Assembly: GCA_003278175.1 (NCBI GenBank)
Contig: QCGF01000001.1
Coordinates: 16,307 to 80,306, forward strand
Direction of reading: 5' to 3'
Source: Prochlorococcus sp. AG-363-P15
GTDB taxonomy: Bacteria; Cyanobacteriota; Cyanobacteriia; PCC-6307; Cyanobiaceae
DNA length: 64,000 nucleotides
The translations under genes were made by a program, and so were the position numbers. Below, one piece after another: positions 31,162 through 39,642 of the stretch. Each line of letters opens with the position of its first letter. The stretch's first letter is position 1. Under the pieces are notes generated by a model that made no database searches, had not been told where the DNA came from, and worked only from the letters and a program-made list of their open reading frames with translations.

Positions 31162-31836
31162 CTAACAGAGCTTATCTACTTCTTGTAGCCATTCTCTTGG
31201 TTTTCTACTGTTATCAATGATGATGTCAGCAAACTTTAGTTTTGTTTTGATAGGCCATTGTGCTTGAACTCTTTGTTTTGCTTGACTTTCAGACAATTGA
31301 TTTCTTTCCATTAGCCTTTGAATTTGTTGATTGGCATCGCAAGCTATGACCCATACTTCGCTGCACAGGTCATTAAGCCTTGCTTCAAACAGTAGTGGAA
31401 TGATAAGTACTATTACTGGGGCATCTTTTTGAGCCTCTAATTCTTGTTTCAGCCGTTTCTGAACTATTGGATGGATGATTTGTTCAAGCCATAATCGTTC
31501 ATTAGGGTTGGCAAAAATAATTTTGCTTAAGGCAGATCTGTTAATTGAGGGCTCACTTCCTTCTATTTGATTTTTGACCTCATCGCCATACCGTTGAAGA
31601 ACGATAGAGGTTGATGTTTGTCCTGGCCCCAAGGCTTCATGTGCATAGATATCAGCATCAAGGACTGGTAAGCCTTTAATGGTTTTCAAGAATTTTCCAA
31701 CACTGCTTTTTCCACTGGCAATTCCGCCTGTTATACCTATACGACGCTGGGGCCCATGCCAACGTTTTAGTGCGAGTGGATTGTGAATATCGCCTGTCAT
31801 GTCGCAAGATAAGGGATAGTTCTTCCGCCTTTGCAA
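31162..31836 (-). CDS. coaE: Dephospho-CoA kinase
   Basis: GITGGIASGKS, DAD and IPLLFE. Likely start near 31800. Confidence 0.95.
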   Translation of the reverse strand: MQRRKNYPLSCDMTGDIHNPLALKRWHGPQRRIGITGGIASGKSSVGKFLKTIKGLPVLDADIYAHEALGPGQTSTSIVLQRYGDEVKNQIEGSEPSINRSALSKIIFANPNERLWLEQIIHPIVQKRLKQELEAQKDAPVIVLIIPLLFEARLNDLCSEVWVIACDANQQIQRLMERNQLSESQAKQRVQAQWPIKTKLKFADIIIDNSRKPREWLQEVDKLC

Positions 31837-33081
31837 GATTTGAGCCTTTCGGCATCTTCTTTATGGTCTCCTATCCCTGGTGGGATAACTATGCCTAGTG
31901 GTTTTAAGGCATCTGGAATTAAAGCTGGATTGAAATCTTCAGGTAATTTAGATCTTGCTTTATTACTTGCACCAGAAGGTGCTGTTTGTGCGGGAACTTT
32001 TACAAAATCTTTAGTAAGGGCGTCCTGTGTAGATCTTTGCATTGATCGTTTGAAGGTTAATGCTGGCTGTGCAAGAGCAGTTCTCATTAATTCTGGGCAA
32101 GCAAATGCTTGTACTGGTAAACGTGGTTTGATTGATAGTGTCCTTGCTACTAGTGCTTTAGCAAAACGTTTGGGATTGGATGCAGAAGAGGTTTTGATTT
32201 GTTCTACGGGTGTAATTGGAGAATTTATACCTCTTGATAAATTGATTGCTGGCTTGGACTCACTTGTTGACGAGCTGAGTGAGCAAGGAGGAAGCACTGC
32301 TGCAAATGCGATTTTGACGACTGACCTTGTAGACAAACAGATTGCTTATGAAGCTTATTTAGATGGTCGTCTTGTTCGCATTGGTGGAATGGCAAAAGGG
32401 TCTGGAATGATCCATCCTGATTTAGCGACAATGCTGGGCTATATCAGTTGTGATGTAGGCGTGCCTGTTGATTTGTGGCAGGCAATGATTCAGCGTGTTT
32501 CTGAGTGCTCATTCAATTCGATCACTGTCGATGGTGATACAAGTACTAATGATGCTTTTCTTGCGTTTTCTGCTGGATCTCGATTGGAGAATGATTATCT
32601 AGATATTTTAGAAGTTGGTTTGAAACTTGTAGCACAATATTTGGCCAAAGCGATTGCTAGAGATGGGGAAGGTGCTAATTGCTTGTTAGAGGTTCGAGTC
32701 ATGGGTTCTGAGAGTACTTCTGCTGCAAGGCAAATTGCTCGTACTGTATGTAGCTCTTCTTTAGTTAAGACCGCTGTTAATGGATGTGATCCGAATTGGG
32801 GTCGGATACTTGCCGCTGTAGGTAGATCTGGTGTTGTTTTTTCTAAAAATGATGTAGATCTATTTATAGGTCCTTTTCAATTAATCCAAAAAGGAGAACC
32901 GGTGATGTTTGATCGAAATGCTGTTTCGAGTTATATGCAGGAACGAAAAAGGGGTGCATATCTTATTGATGATTCGATATCTATTCTTTTAAAGGTTGGT
33001 AATGGAATTGGTGACGCGACGACATGGGGATGTGATCTATCAGATCAATATGTTCGAATAAATGCCGACTACACAACTTGA
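31831..33081 (+). CDS. argJ: Bifunctional ornithine acetyltransferase/N-acetylglutamate synthase
   Basis: NSGQANA, AKGSGMIHP..ATML, DGDTSTND, ARDGEGA and WGCDL. Confidence 0.98.
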   Translation: MQDLSLSASSLWSPIPGGITMPSGFKASGIKAGLKSSGNLDLALLLAPEGAVCAGTFTKSLVRASCVDLCIDRLKVNAGCARAVLINSGQANACTGKRGLIDSVLATSALAKRLGLDAEEVLICSTGVIGEFIPLDKLIAGLDSLVDELSEQGGSTAANAILTTDLVDKQIAYEAYLDGRLVRIGGMAKGSGMIHPDLATMLGYISCDVGVPVDLWQAMIQRVSECSFNSITVDGDTSTNDAFLAFSAGSRLENDYLDILEVGLKLVAQYLAKAIARDGEGANCLLEVRVMGSESTSAARQIARTVCSSSLVKTAVNGCDPNWGRILAAVGRSGVVFSKNDVDLFIGPFQLIQKGEPVMFDRNAVSSYMQERKRGAYLIDDSISILLKVGNGIGDATTWGCDLSDQYVRINADYTT

Positions 33082-33358
33082 TTCAAATCCTTTGTATATA
33101 GAAGGAGTTTGAGGCTTATTTATTTGTAGTATAAGGTACTTATACCAGTGAATTCGAACATATTATTTTCTCAATAAAAGCCGATCATCTTAATACAAAT
33201 TCATCTAGCTATTTTAAGCTGATTGATTTTGGAAGGTTTTAAGGAATATCTCACAAGGTACTTGAATGAATCATCGAACCACTGTCTAGAGTGTCTATAT
33301 TGACTAGATACGTAGCTTTTTATACGCCTTTATTACTCATATCTACTTTTTTGCATTC

Positions 33359-33613
33359 ATGCAGAAGTGTTTGGTTGCAGTAGCAACCATTTTATCTATT
33401 GCTGCACCGCAGGCAGCAATGGCGGATACTTTTTGGTTGTTAATTGCTGGTCGAAATGATGGCTTAAGAAATGCTGGCATCAGCCATGGTTGGAAGATAC
33501 CCATGAATTCAATGGAACAATGTGAGGCTGCTGGATTAAAAGTAATGGGAGATACCGGAATTCATGGAAGGATTTTTTCAAATCTCAGATACATTTGCAT
33601 TACAGGAAAATGA
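33359..33613 (+). CDS. Small secreted protein with a Cys pair
   Basis: Signal peptide ending AMA-D, and 'KIPMxSMEQCExxG..YICIxGK', a pattern seen in Prochlorococcus island proteins. Confidence 0.7.
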   Translation: MQKCLVAVATILSIAAPQAAMADTFWLLIAGRNDGLRNAGISHGWKIPMNSMEQCEAAGLKVMGDTGIHGRIFSNLRYICITGK

Positions 33614-34608
33614 AAAGATCATTATTAATCACTAGCTTGCTTCTGCTAGGTACTGTTTTTTCACCTTCTGTAATTGCAGAAGATTTAGGGGAGGCTGATT
33701 TTCCTGCGGATGTGGAGGATCCAAGTCCTAATAGTTATCATGATGCTTGGTGTAGAAAACTTAAAAGAGAATGTCGAGTGAGATTTGTTGGAAATGCAAT
33801 GCGTGTTGATGGTTTTAAAGGGATTAAACGAAAACAATTAATAGGTTTTAGATCTGATCATGATGGTCAAGAGAATTATTTTTATGTCAAATATTTAGAT
33901 AGTAGTAATAAACCTAAAAATGCATTATTTCTATTTGTGCATCATGCGGCTGCTCAGGAGTTTAGTCGAGCTTTAGCTCGCTGGTATGAGCAGGATTCAA
34001 AACCATATCCAAATTATCGTTATCCAGCGAGTCAAGGACCTCAGAATACTTATGGTAGAGATAGAGGGCTTAATCCATATGGAATAGATAAAAGAATCGA
34101 TGGGATGGATAAGGGATCTGATTTTGATGATTTTAGATATATTCTTGGATTTGGAAGATCCATTGATGAAATTGGACCTAACCCTTTAGTCACATATGCT
34201 TCAAGAGGACGTGCAAAAGCGGAATTAGGTGACTACAACGGAGCGATTTCTGATTACACACGAGCAATTGAAAAGAAGGGACCTGACTTTCACCCTGACA
34301 ATCTTTTTCTTCATAAAGAACGTGGCATTGCGAAGGCAATTCTTGGAGATTATTCAGGAGCAATTGATGATTTTACAGAAACAATCAAGATTGATCCAGA
34401 ATATTCTGTTGGGTATTATCTGCGTGGCTTAGCAAAGAAAAATACTCTTCTTGTCCCTCATCAAGGAAGCCTGAAAGTTTTTAAAGCCAAATATCCTAAA
34501 ACCGGTTTTAAGAGCGCTTGCTTTGATTGGAGAAAAGCATCTGATCTAGGAGATACTGAAGTCAGAAAAAATGCTGATTTACAAATCAAAGATCATTGTA
34601 GAAATTAG
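33610..34608 (+). CDS. Exported protein: unknown N-terminal domain fused to TPR repeats
   Basis: ATG at 33610 overlaps the upstream TGA (ATGA); signal peptide; TPRs in the C-terminal half; ACxDWRKAxxLG cap. Confidence 0.8.
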   Translation: MKRSLLITSLLLLGTVFSPSVIAEDLGEADFPADVEDPSPNSYHDAWCRKLKRECRVRFVGNAMRVDGFKGIKRKQLIGFRSDHDGQENYFYVKYLDSSNKPKNALFLFVHHAAAQEFSRALARWYEQDSKPYPNYRYPASQGPQNTYGRDRGLNPYGIDKRIDGMDKGSDFDDFRYILGFGRSIDEIGPNPLVTYASRGRAKAELGDYNGAISDYTRAIEKKGPDFHPDNLFLHKERGIAKAILGDYSGAIDDFTETIKIDPEYSVGYYLRGLAKKNTLLVPHQGSLKVFKAKYPKTGFKSACFDWRKASDLGDTEVRKNADLQIKDHCRN

Positions 34609-34623
34609 TTTATTGAGTAGAAA

Positions 34624-34700
34624 TATACCGCTTTTATACCGGGGCATTGCAATGACTGGCTTTTGAGATGCCAGAGAATATTTATACCGCGAAATACCGC
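34624..34700 (+). repeat. Two pairs of (T/A)ATACCG direct repeats
   Basis: TATACCGC 34624, TATACCGG 34635, TATACCGC 34683, AATACCGC 34693. Confidence 0.8.
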
Positions 34701-34775
34701 CTAGCAAGCTATTGAGAACCTAGTAATAGCATTGATTTCGCTCTTATGTGGGTATCAATGCCGATTACACTACTT

Positions 34776-34810
34776 GCATCAAACTCATTGCATCGCAATG
34801 AGTTTGATGC
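34776..34810. repeat. Perfect 16-bp inverted repeat with a 3-nt loop
   Basis: GCATCAAACTCATTGC-ATC-GCAATGAGTTTGATGC. Confidence 0.9.
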
Positions 34811-34821
34811 TTATATAGATC

Positions 34822-35556
34822 ATGAAACATAGCATTTCGCAACTTATTAATTTTTCGTGGAAACAAGATCCAGTGCTTAGAGATCTTTCATTATTGGGTG
34901 TTATTTATAAAAAATTTCGAGATAGGTTTCGAAGAATTTTTAAGCCTATTTTGGCTAAAATCTATCTGAAAAGACTTGAAAGGTATCCTACATTACTGTT
35001 ATTACTTGATCAATATTCTGCTTCAAAGTCAGCAGCTATCGATTTTGCTGACTCACTTGCACTTTTTGAACAGGTAATGAATAGTTCGCCAAACTATTTA
35101 TTGGAGCTTGGCCCAGGAACTTCTACTGCAGTTATTTGCTTGGCCATTAGTGAAATTCAAAAGAAAAATCCTTCTTATAAGCCTATCTTTATTGCCGTTG
35201 AAAACCAGATTGATTTTATTCAATATCATCAAAAACTCATGCCTGTAGAATTGAAGCCTTACGTTCAGATGGTTTACAGCACTGCCTCTTTAAAGTCATT
35301 TGATGGATATTTAACAGCACAATATGATGACATTCCCATTTACCCTTATGATTTTGTCCATGTTGATGGACCTGATAATCATGGCATGGGAGTAAATATT
35401 CAGAGCGACATTATAAATATTAAAAATAGCTTAGGCAAGCATTGCTATATTGTATTTGATGGCCGTGAGACAAGCTCTAGATTTACTAGGAAATATCTTA
35501 ATGGATTCTCCTTTAAAAGACATAAGTACACTCTGAATCATATCATCTTTAGATGA
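34822..35556 (+). CDS. Putative class I SAM-dependent methyltransferase
   Basis: LLELGPGTST (motif I), AVE, DFVHVDGP and IVFDG. Confidence 0.7.
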   Translation: MKHSISQLINFSWKQDPVLRDLSLLGVIYKKFRDRFRRIFKPILAKIYLKRLERYPTLLLLLDQYSASKSAAIDFADSLALFEQVMNSSPNYLLELGPGTSTAVICLAISEIQKKNPSYKPIFIAVENQIDFIQYHQKLMPVELKPYVQMVYSTASLKSFDGYLTAQYDDIPIYPYDFVHVDGPDNHGMGVNIQSDIINIKNSLGKHCYIVFDGRETSSRFTRKYLNGFSFKRHKYTLNHIIFR

Positions 35557-35763
35557 CATTATTGTGATTCCATAAGATTACTAATTGCAATATGTAAATG
35601 CTCAATTAAGCCATTCATCTAGATGCTTTACTTTTGCAATCTCGTTACTTAAATTGATTGACTTATACAACTTTAGAGAAGGTTGGCATAATTAAATATT
35701 CAAGCTTGTTTTTCTAGCTACTCTAGGCATGGAGCCTAAAGGACCTTAATCAAATTTGATTTA

Positions 35764-35922
35764 ATGACAAACCCACTCAAAGATTCCAAAAAAAATCCCT
35801 TGAAAAGAATTTATGAGGATTTTTGGGTGCCTGTTTTTGGTAGGCTTTTGAGATTATTTTCTGCGGTGATTGAGGGAGAGGCCCCTAAAGAGAAGCAGAC
35901 CTATAATTTGCGCGATAAATAA
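35764..35922 (+). CDS. Small hypothetical protein (52 aa), absent from the ORF track
   Basis: Manual translation MTNPLKDSKKNPLKRIYEDFWVPVFGRLLRLFSAVIEGEAPKEKQTYNLRDK, with an amphipathic central helix. Confidence 0.6.
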   Translation: MTNPLKDSKKNPLKRIYEDFWVPVFGRLLRLFSAVIEGEAPKEKQTYNLRDK

Positions 35923-36188
35923 ATTCGATTTTCAGTAGCAAGAAGGTAGATTTTCCATAATTTGCAATTAGTTAATCCAATTGGATTTTGTTTAAGCACC
36001 TTTTGCTAGTTATCTCGATGCCCATTAATGGAATTTAGCTATTGTTTTTTTAGGTGAAATCTCTCTCTTCTATTTTCTTAGTCTTGATTTTTCAAAAATT
36101 TACGTAACACTTAGATTATATTTCAAATCTCAACAACATTTTTTATTTTTCTTGAGATTTGGGATTCCTAGAAAACTGGTTTGTTGCT

Positions 36189-36440
36189 ATGAATGTTGGC
36201 AATTTCAGTCTTCGCATTTTGCGATTTCGCAAGCAATTATGGCTAATGCTTGCATTACAGTGCTCATTTTTATGTCTACCAGCTGAAAGTATGGCTGAGA
36301 TGAATGCTATGAATCATGATATTGCTACCTCTTCTATTACCATGTCGCTACCTAATGAGCTCAAAGCATTTAATAAGCAGTTGAGTATACTTGAGAGAAT
36401 TGTTGATAAGAAAGTAAAGGCTAATTTTTCCGTAAAATAG
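36189..36440 (+). CDS. Hypothetical, possibly exported protein
   Basis: ORF 36159..36440 with an ATG at 36189 and a signal-peptide-like N-terminus; no family recognised. Confidence 0.4.
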   Translation: MNVGNFSLRILRFRKQLWLMLALQCSFLCLPAESMAEMNAMNHDIATSSITMSLPNELKAFNKQLSILERIVDKKVKANFSVK

Positions 36441-36467
36441 GATTCAACATTACGCTTTTGCCTGACT

Positions 36468-36980
36468 TTAAGATAAATGATTCCGAGATCTATGTTGTAT
36501 AAGAAAATATATAAGTAGGATTGACCCCCATACTGGAAGAGAATAAAGAGATGCAATTAAGCCTAATAATATAACCCAAAAAGCTAATAAAATAATCATT
36601 GATATAAGAAGAAATATGAGCCAGGTCTTAATTTTTTTTATCCAATATTGACCATTTAGCTTATCTAACTCTATTTGCAGCCTTCTTTTTTCTTGTCGAA
36701 GAAAGATCAATCTATCTCTATGAGCACATGATGACTCTTTAATCTGTGACCAGTAAAACTTCTTTTCAAGTCGCTGAATCCAGTTCTTATCATTAGATAG
36801 CTTTGCTTTTATTCCTGCCATTTGGACTTCCAAGAGCTCACTTCTGGCCTGTGATATTTCCTGCTCAATTTTTGCAATTTTATTGCTAAGATTCCTAATC
36901 AGGCTATTTTTATTTTGAGACGAAGCATATTTCTGAATGGAGAGAGCTTTTTGGGAATTTCGATTAAAAGCGATTTTCAT
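36468..36980 (-). CDS. Coiled-coil protein with C-terminal TM helices
   Basis: 170-aa ORF with heptad-rich body and hydrophobic C-terminus. Confidence 0.7.
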   Translation of the reverse strand: MKIAFNRNSQKALSIQKYASSQNKNSLIRNLSNKIAKIEQEISQARSELLEVQMAGIKAKLSNDKNWIQRLEKKFYWSQIKESSCAHRDRLIFLRQEKRRLQIELDKLNGQYWIKKIKTWLIFLLISMIILLAFWVILLGLIASLYSLPVWGSILLIYFLIQHRSRNHLS

Positions 36981-37120
36981 AGATTATTGTTAAAGATGGA
37001 AGTACATATTGTTGAATTTGAACTTATTTTTGACTTTAAAATTATCTAAAAATTGTTTATTAGGTGATCTCAGATTTTTTTGAATTATAGAAATTTGATG
37101 CTTGCAGATTTATTAAGAGT

Positions 37121-37381
37121 TTAGTTTTTTGAGTTTGTTGGATCAGGCAAAATGAATGGCGGACAATCATTGAGAGCTGATTTCCCATAGGTTTCATATT
37201 CTCTATATCCTCCCATTTTCCCATTTGTCTTCATAAGTGCACTAGTAAAGACTAGTAAGAGAAATACTGTTGGCGCACCAATTATCAGAGCACCACCAAA
37301 AAGATATCCAATGAGAAACTCGGCAAACGTATGATTCCCCAGAAATTCGTGTGTACCTACAAGGAAATTCATCGTTTTCAC
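37121..37381 (-). CDS. Small single-pass membrane protein (Prochlorococcus-type)
   Basis: 'HEFLGNHTFxEFLIGYLFGxALIIGAP' then a TM segment and 'GYREYExYG'. Confidence 0.7.
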   Translation of the reverse strand: MKTMNFLVGTHEFLGNHTFAEFLIGYLFGGALIIGAPTVFLLLVFTSALMKTNGKMGGYREYETYGKSALNDCPPFILPDPTNSKN

Positions 37382-37600
37382 ATTACCTAGATTTATATTT
37401 GATGATAATGCATCGTGATCTCTATAGAGGTAGGCAACTGCATGTTTTTTTGAAATTTTTTCACTATCTCTTTACTGGCTCAATGCTGAGTTGCAGCACT
37501 TCTATTAAAAGGATTTCAGTGCACATTCCTTTGTTGCTATGTCGAAGTAGGAACCGCCTGGCAACTAAAATCTTCTTTAGGAGTTTTTGTAGTATTTTCT

Positions 37601-37927
37601 ATGTCTGAGTTGAAAGCGGTATATGTTTTGTTAGCGCCTGTTGGTCAGCTCAGCGCTAATGGTCAGTTACGTGAAACGGTGCAAGAGCGACGCAATCGAA
37701 AAGGCGATGCTGCTGCTTTTTGGTATCTTTCTCCAGAGTTAGTTCAGAAATTCAATCTTTCTGGTTCTGGATTTGAAGGAGTGGTTGCTGAAGAGCTTAC
37801 AGCAATTAATTGGTTGAAATTACGCTTAGGCGGTGAACGTACTCGTGCTGAACTTGACTTGGATCAATTGCGGGAAGAAGCTAATGCCCTTCCACCAGCG
37901 CCTAACGTTCGAGATATCAGTGCATAA
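37601..37927 (+). CDS. Divergent Ycf54-like protein (MgPME cyclase auxiliary subunit family)
   Basis: Register-conserved Ycf54 hallmarks YxxLA..L..E..ERRxxxG, FW and IxWLKLRL; 108 aa; next to acsF. Confidence 0.7.
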   Translation: MSELKAVYVLLAPVGQLSANGQLRETVQERRNRKGDAAAFWYLSPELVQKFNLSGSGFEGVVAEELTAINWLKLRLGGERTRAELDLDQLREEANALPPAPNVRDISA

Positions 37928-38073
37928 ACATTTAAGAGCTTTCTCTATTTTGATATCTATATCAAATCAGCAATAGGTTAAAAAGACTAGAAACATTGAT
38001 AAGAAGCTTTTATTTAGCGATTTGCTCATGACCAATCTTCCTAGACTACTTAAAAGTTACTGTAATAACCGAG

Positions 38074-38439
38074 ATGGTTCCTCTCCATAAGGTTACTATT
38101 CATCATCGAAAAGCAAATCGTAAAATCTCTTTTGATGTTCCAGAAGGAGAGTATATTCTTAGAAGTTTTGAATCACATGGGGAAGAATTGCCTTTTTCTT
38201 GTAGGAACGGTTGTTGTACAACATGTGCTGTAAAGATTTTGTCAGGCAAATTAGATCAAACTGATGGCATAGGTCTTTCTGAGGAAATGCGTGCCAAAGG
38301 TTATGCCTTGCTTTGTGTTGCAAAAGCCATTGGTCCATTAGAGCTGGAAACTCAAGATGAGGATGAAGTTTATAAAATCCAATTTGGAAAGTATTTAGAA
38401 CGTACTAAAGCTCAAGCAGGTAATCCATTTGATATATAA
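38074..38439 (+). CDS. [2Fe-2S] ferredoxin, Fed2/FdC2 type with C-terminal extension
   Basis: PFSCRNGCCTTC..ALLCV and 'ETQDEDEVYxxQFG', characteristic of Fed2/FdC2. Confidence 0.9.
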   Translation: MVPLHKVTIHHRKANRKISFDVPEGEYILRSFESHGEELPFSCRNGCCTTCAVKILSGKLDQTDGIGLSEEMRAKGYALLCVAKAIGPLELETQDEDEVYKIQFGKYLERTKAQAGNPFDI

Positions 38440-38466
38440 TTTTAATAGAGTCTATTTATTATTTTC

Positions 38467-39516
38467 TTAATATCTAACAGCATTTGTTTGTTCCATTGGC
38501 AGCGCTAATTGTCTAAGAATTAATGAAACGAATTTTGTTAGAGCCAAAGGCTTGGCCAGGCCACTACTTTTTCTCCATTTGCGGAATGAATCAACAATTT
38601 GTATACGCATCTCAAGGAATTTCCCATCTTCAAACTTATAGACCCAGGGGAATGCGTTACGAGTAGTGTTATTTGTTTGGATGATGACCTCTTCGTCAAA
38701 GAGAACAGGGTCTATACCTAAAAGTTGGTAGAAATCACCTCTTTCACAAACAGTCAATGTGTGGGTAAGAAATACACTCCAAAGGAAGAAACGACTTAGT
38801 AATTTACCTCTAATTCCCTTTGTCATCCCTGGCCAGCAGCGCATCATCATATTGATGCAGTCACCATGGCGATTTTCGTCTTGACACCATGGCTCAAAGA
38901 AGTCAAAGAGAGGAGCACATGCTTTATCTGGATTATCTTTGAGGTGTCGATTAATCAGGATATAGCGCCAATATCCGATTTTTTCAGATAGGTATAAAGA
39001 GTAGAGAACCCAACTTAGTGGGAAAAACTGTGCAGCTCTCTTGTTGCCTAAATTTGGTAGGTCTACATTAATACCTTCTGATTTTAATGCTCTTCCTAAG
39101 AATCCAGCATGACGAGCTTCATCTCTCGCTAAAAATTGAAAAAATTGGCCTAACTCTTTACGACCAGCTTTCTTGAATCTATTAGAGATTTCCTTAAAAA
39201 GTAAAAATCCAGAGAACTCGGATACTACAGAACGAACTAGATAACTTTCATAGATAGCCTTATCAGATGGCGAGAGTTCTTGCAGTCGATCTAGAGAAGC
39301 CTTGCGATCAAAGTGCTTGAGGTTGTAATCAGCCTCCATTTCTTTGAACATTGCTTCAAAATCTTCTCGAGCTATGTCCAGGTCTGTTTTGGCTGCTTTT
39401 TCGAACTCGGTTGTATAAAACCTTGGACTTAGAAGGTTTTCATTGAGATGAGGAGGAAGTTCATTGTTCCCCGACTGATTGCTAACTTTAGGAGTACCAG
39501 AAACAGTTGCTGTCAT
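38467..39516 (-). CDS. acsF: O2-dependent Mg-protoporphyrin IX monomethyl ester cyclase
   Basis: LLSPRFYTT, EFSGFLL, RDEARHAG, YLSEKIGYWRYI and WCQDENRHG di-iron motifs; low-light Prochlorococcus-type sequence. Confidence 0.97.
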   Translation of the reverse strand: MTATVSGTPKVSNQSGNNELPPHLNENLLSPRFYTTEFEKAAKTDLDIAREDFEAMFKEMEADYNLKHFDRKASLDRLQELSPSDKAIYESYLVRSVVSEFSGFLLFKEISNRFKKAGRKELGQFFQFLARDEARHAGFLGRALKSEGINVDLPNLGNKRAAQFFPLSWVLYSLYLSEKIGYWRYILINRHLKDNPDKACAPLFDFFEPWCQDENRHGDCINMMMRCWPGMTKGIRGKLLSRFFLWSVFLTHTLTVCERGDFYQLLGIDPVLFDEEVIIQTNNTTRNAFPWVYKFEDGKFLEMRIQIVDSFRKWRKSSGLAKPLALTKFVSLILRQLALPMEQTNAVRY

Positions 39517-39626
39517 TGTCTTCCTTGAACCGGATAGTCATATTACGACTGTCTTTGCTGGATTGGAGGATTTTCGACTTAAAATGATCTTGAATAGCAA
39601 CAATGATGTGACCATAATTGCCCGTA

Positions 39627-39642
39627 ACACTACATATGGTGC
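39627..39642. promoter_or_regulatory. Single NrdR-box-like site upstream of acsF
   Basis: ACACTACATATGGTGC, nearly identical to the boxes at 10772 and 10792. Confidence 0.45.

Noticed and set aside
33126-33166. GTA-N8-TAC (GTAGTATAAGGTAC) with TATTAT 21 bp later, NtcA-promoter-like
   Set aside because: A six-base match is expected by chance every few kb in AT-rich DNA; there is no extended palindrome and no nitrogen-related gene follows.
37351-37608. 85-aa ORF between the small membrane protein and the Ycf54-like gene; also a GATAATG Fur-like half site
   Set aside because: It overlaps both neighbours and spans a divergent promoter region; the half site has no matching partner.
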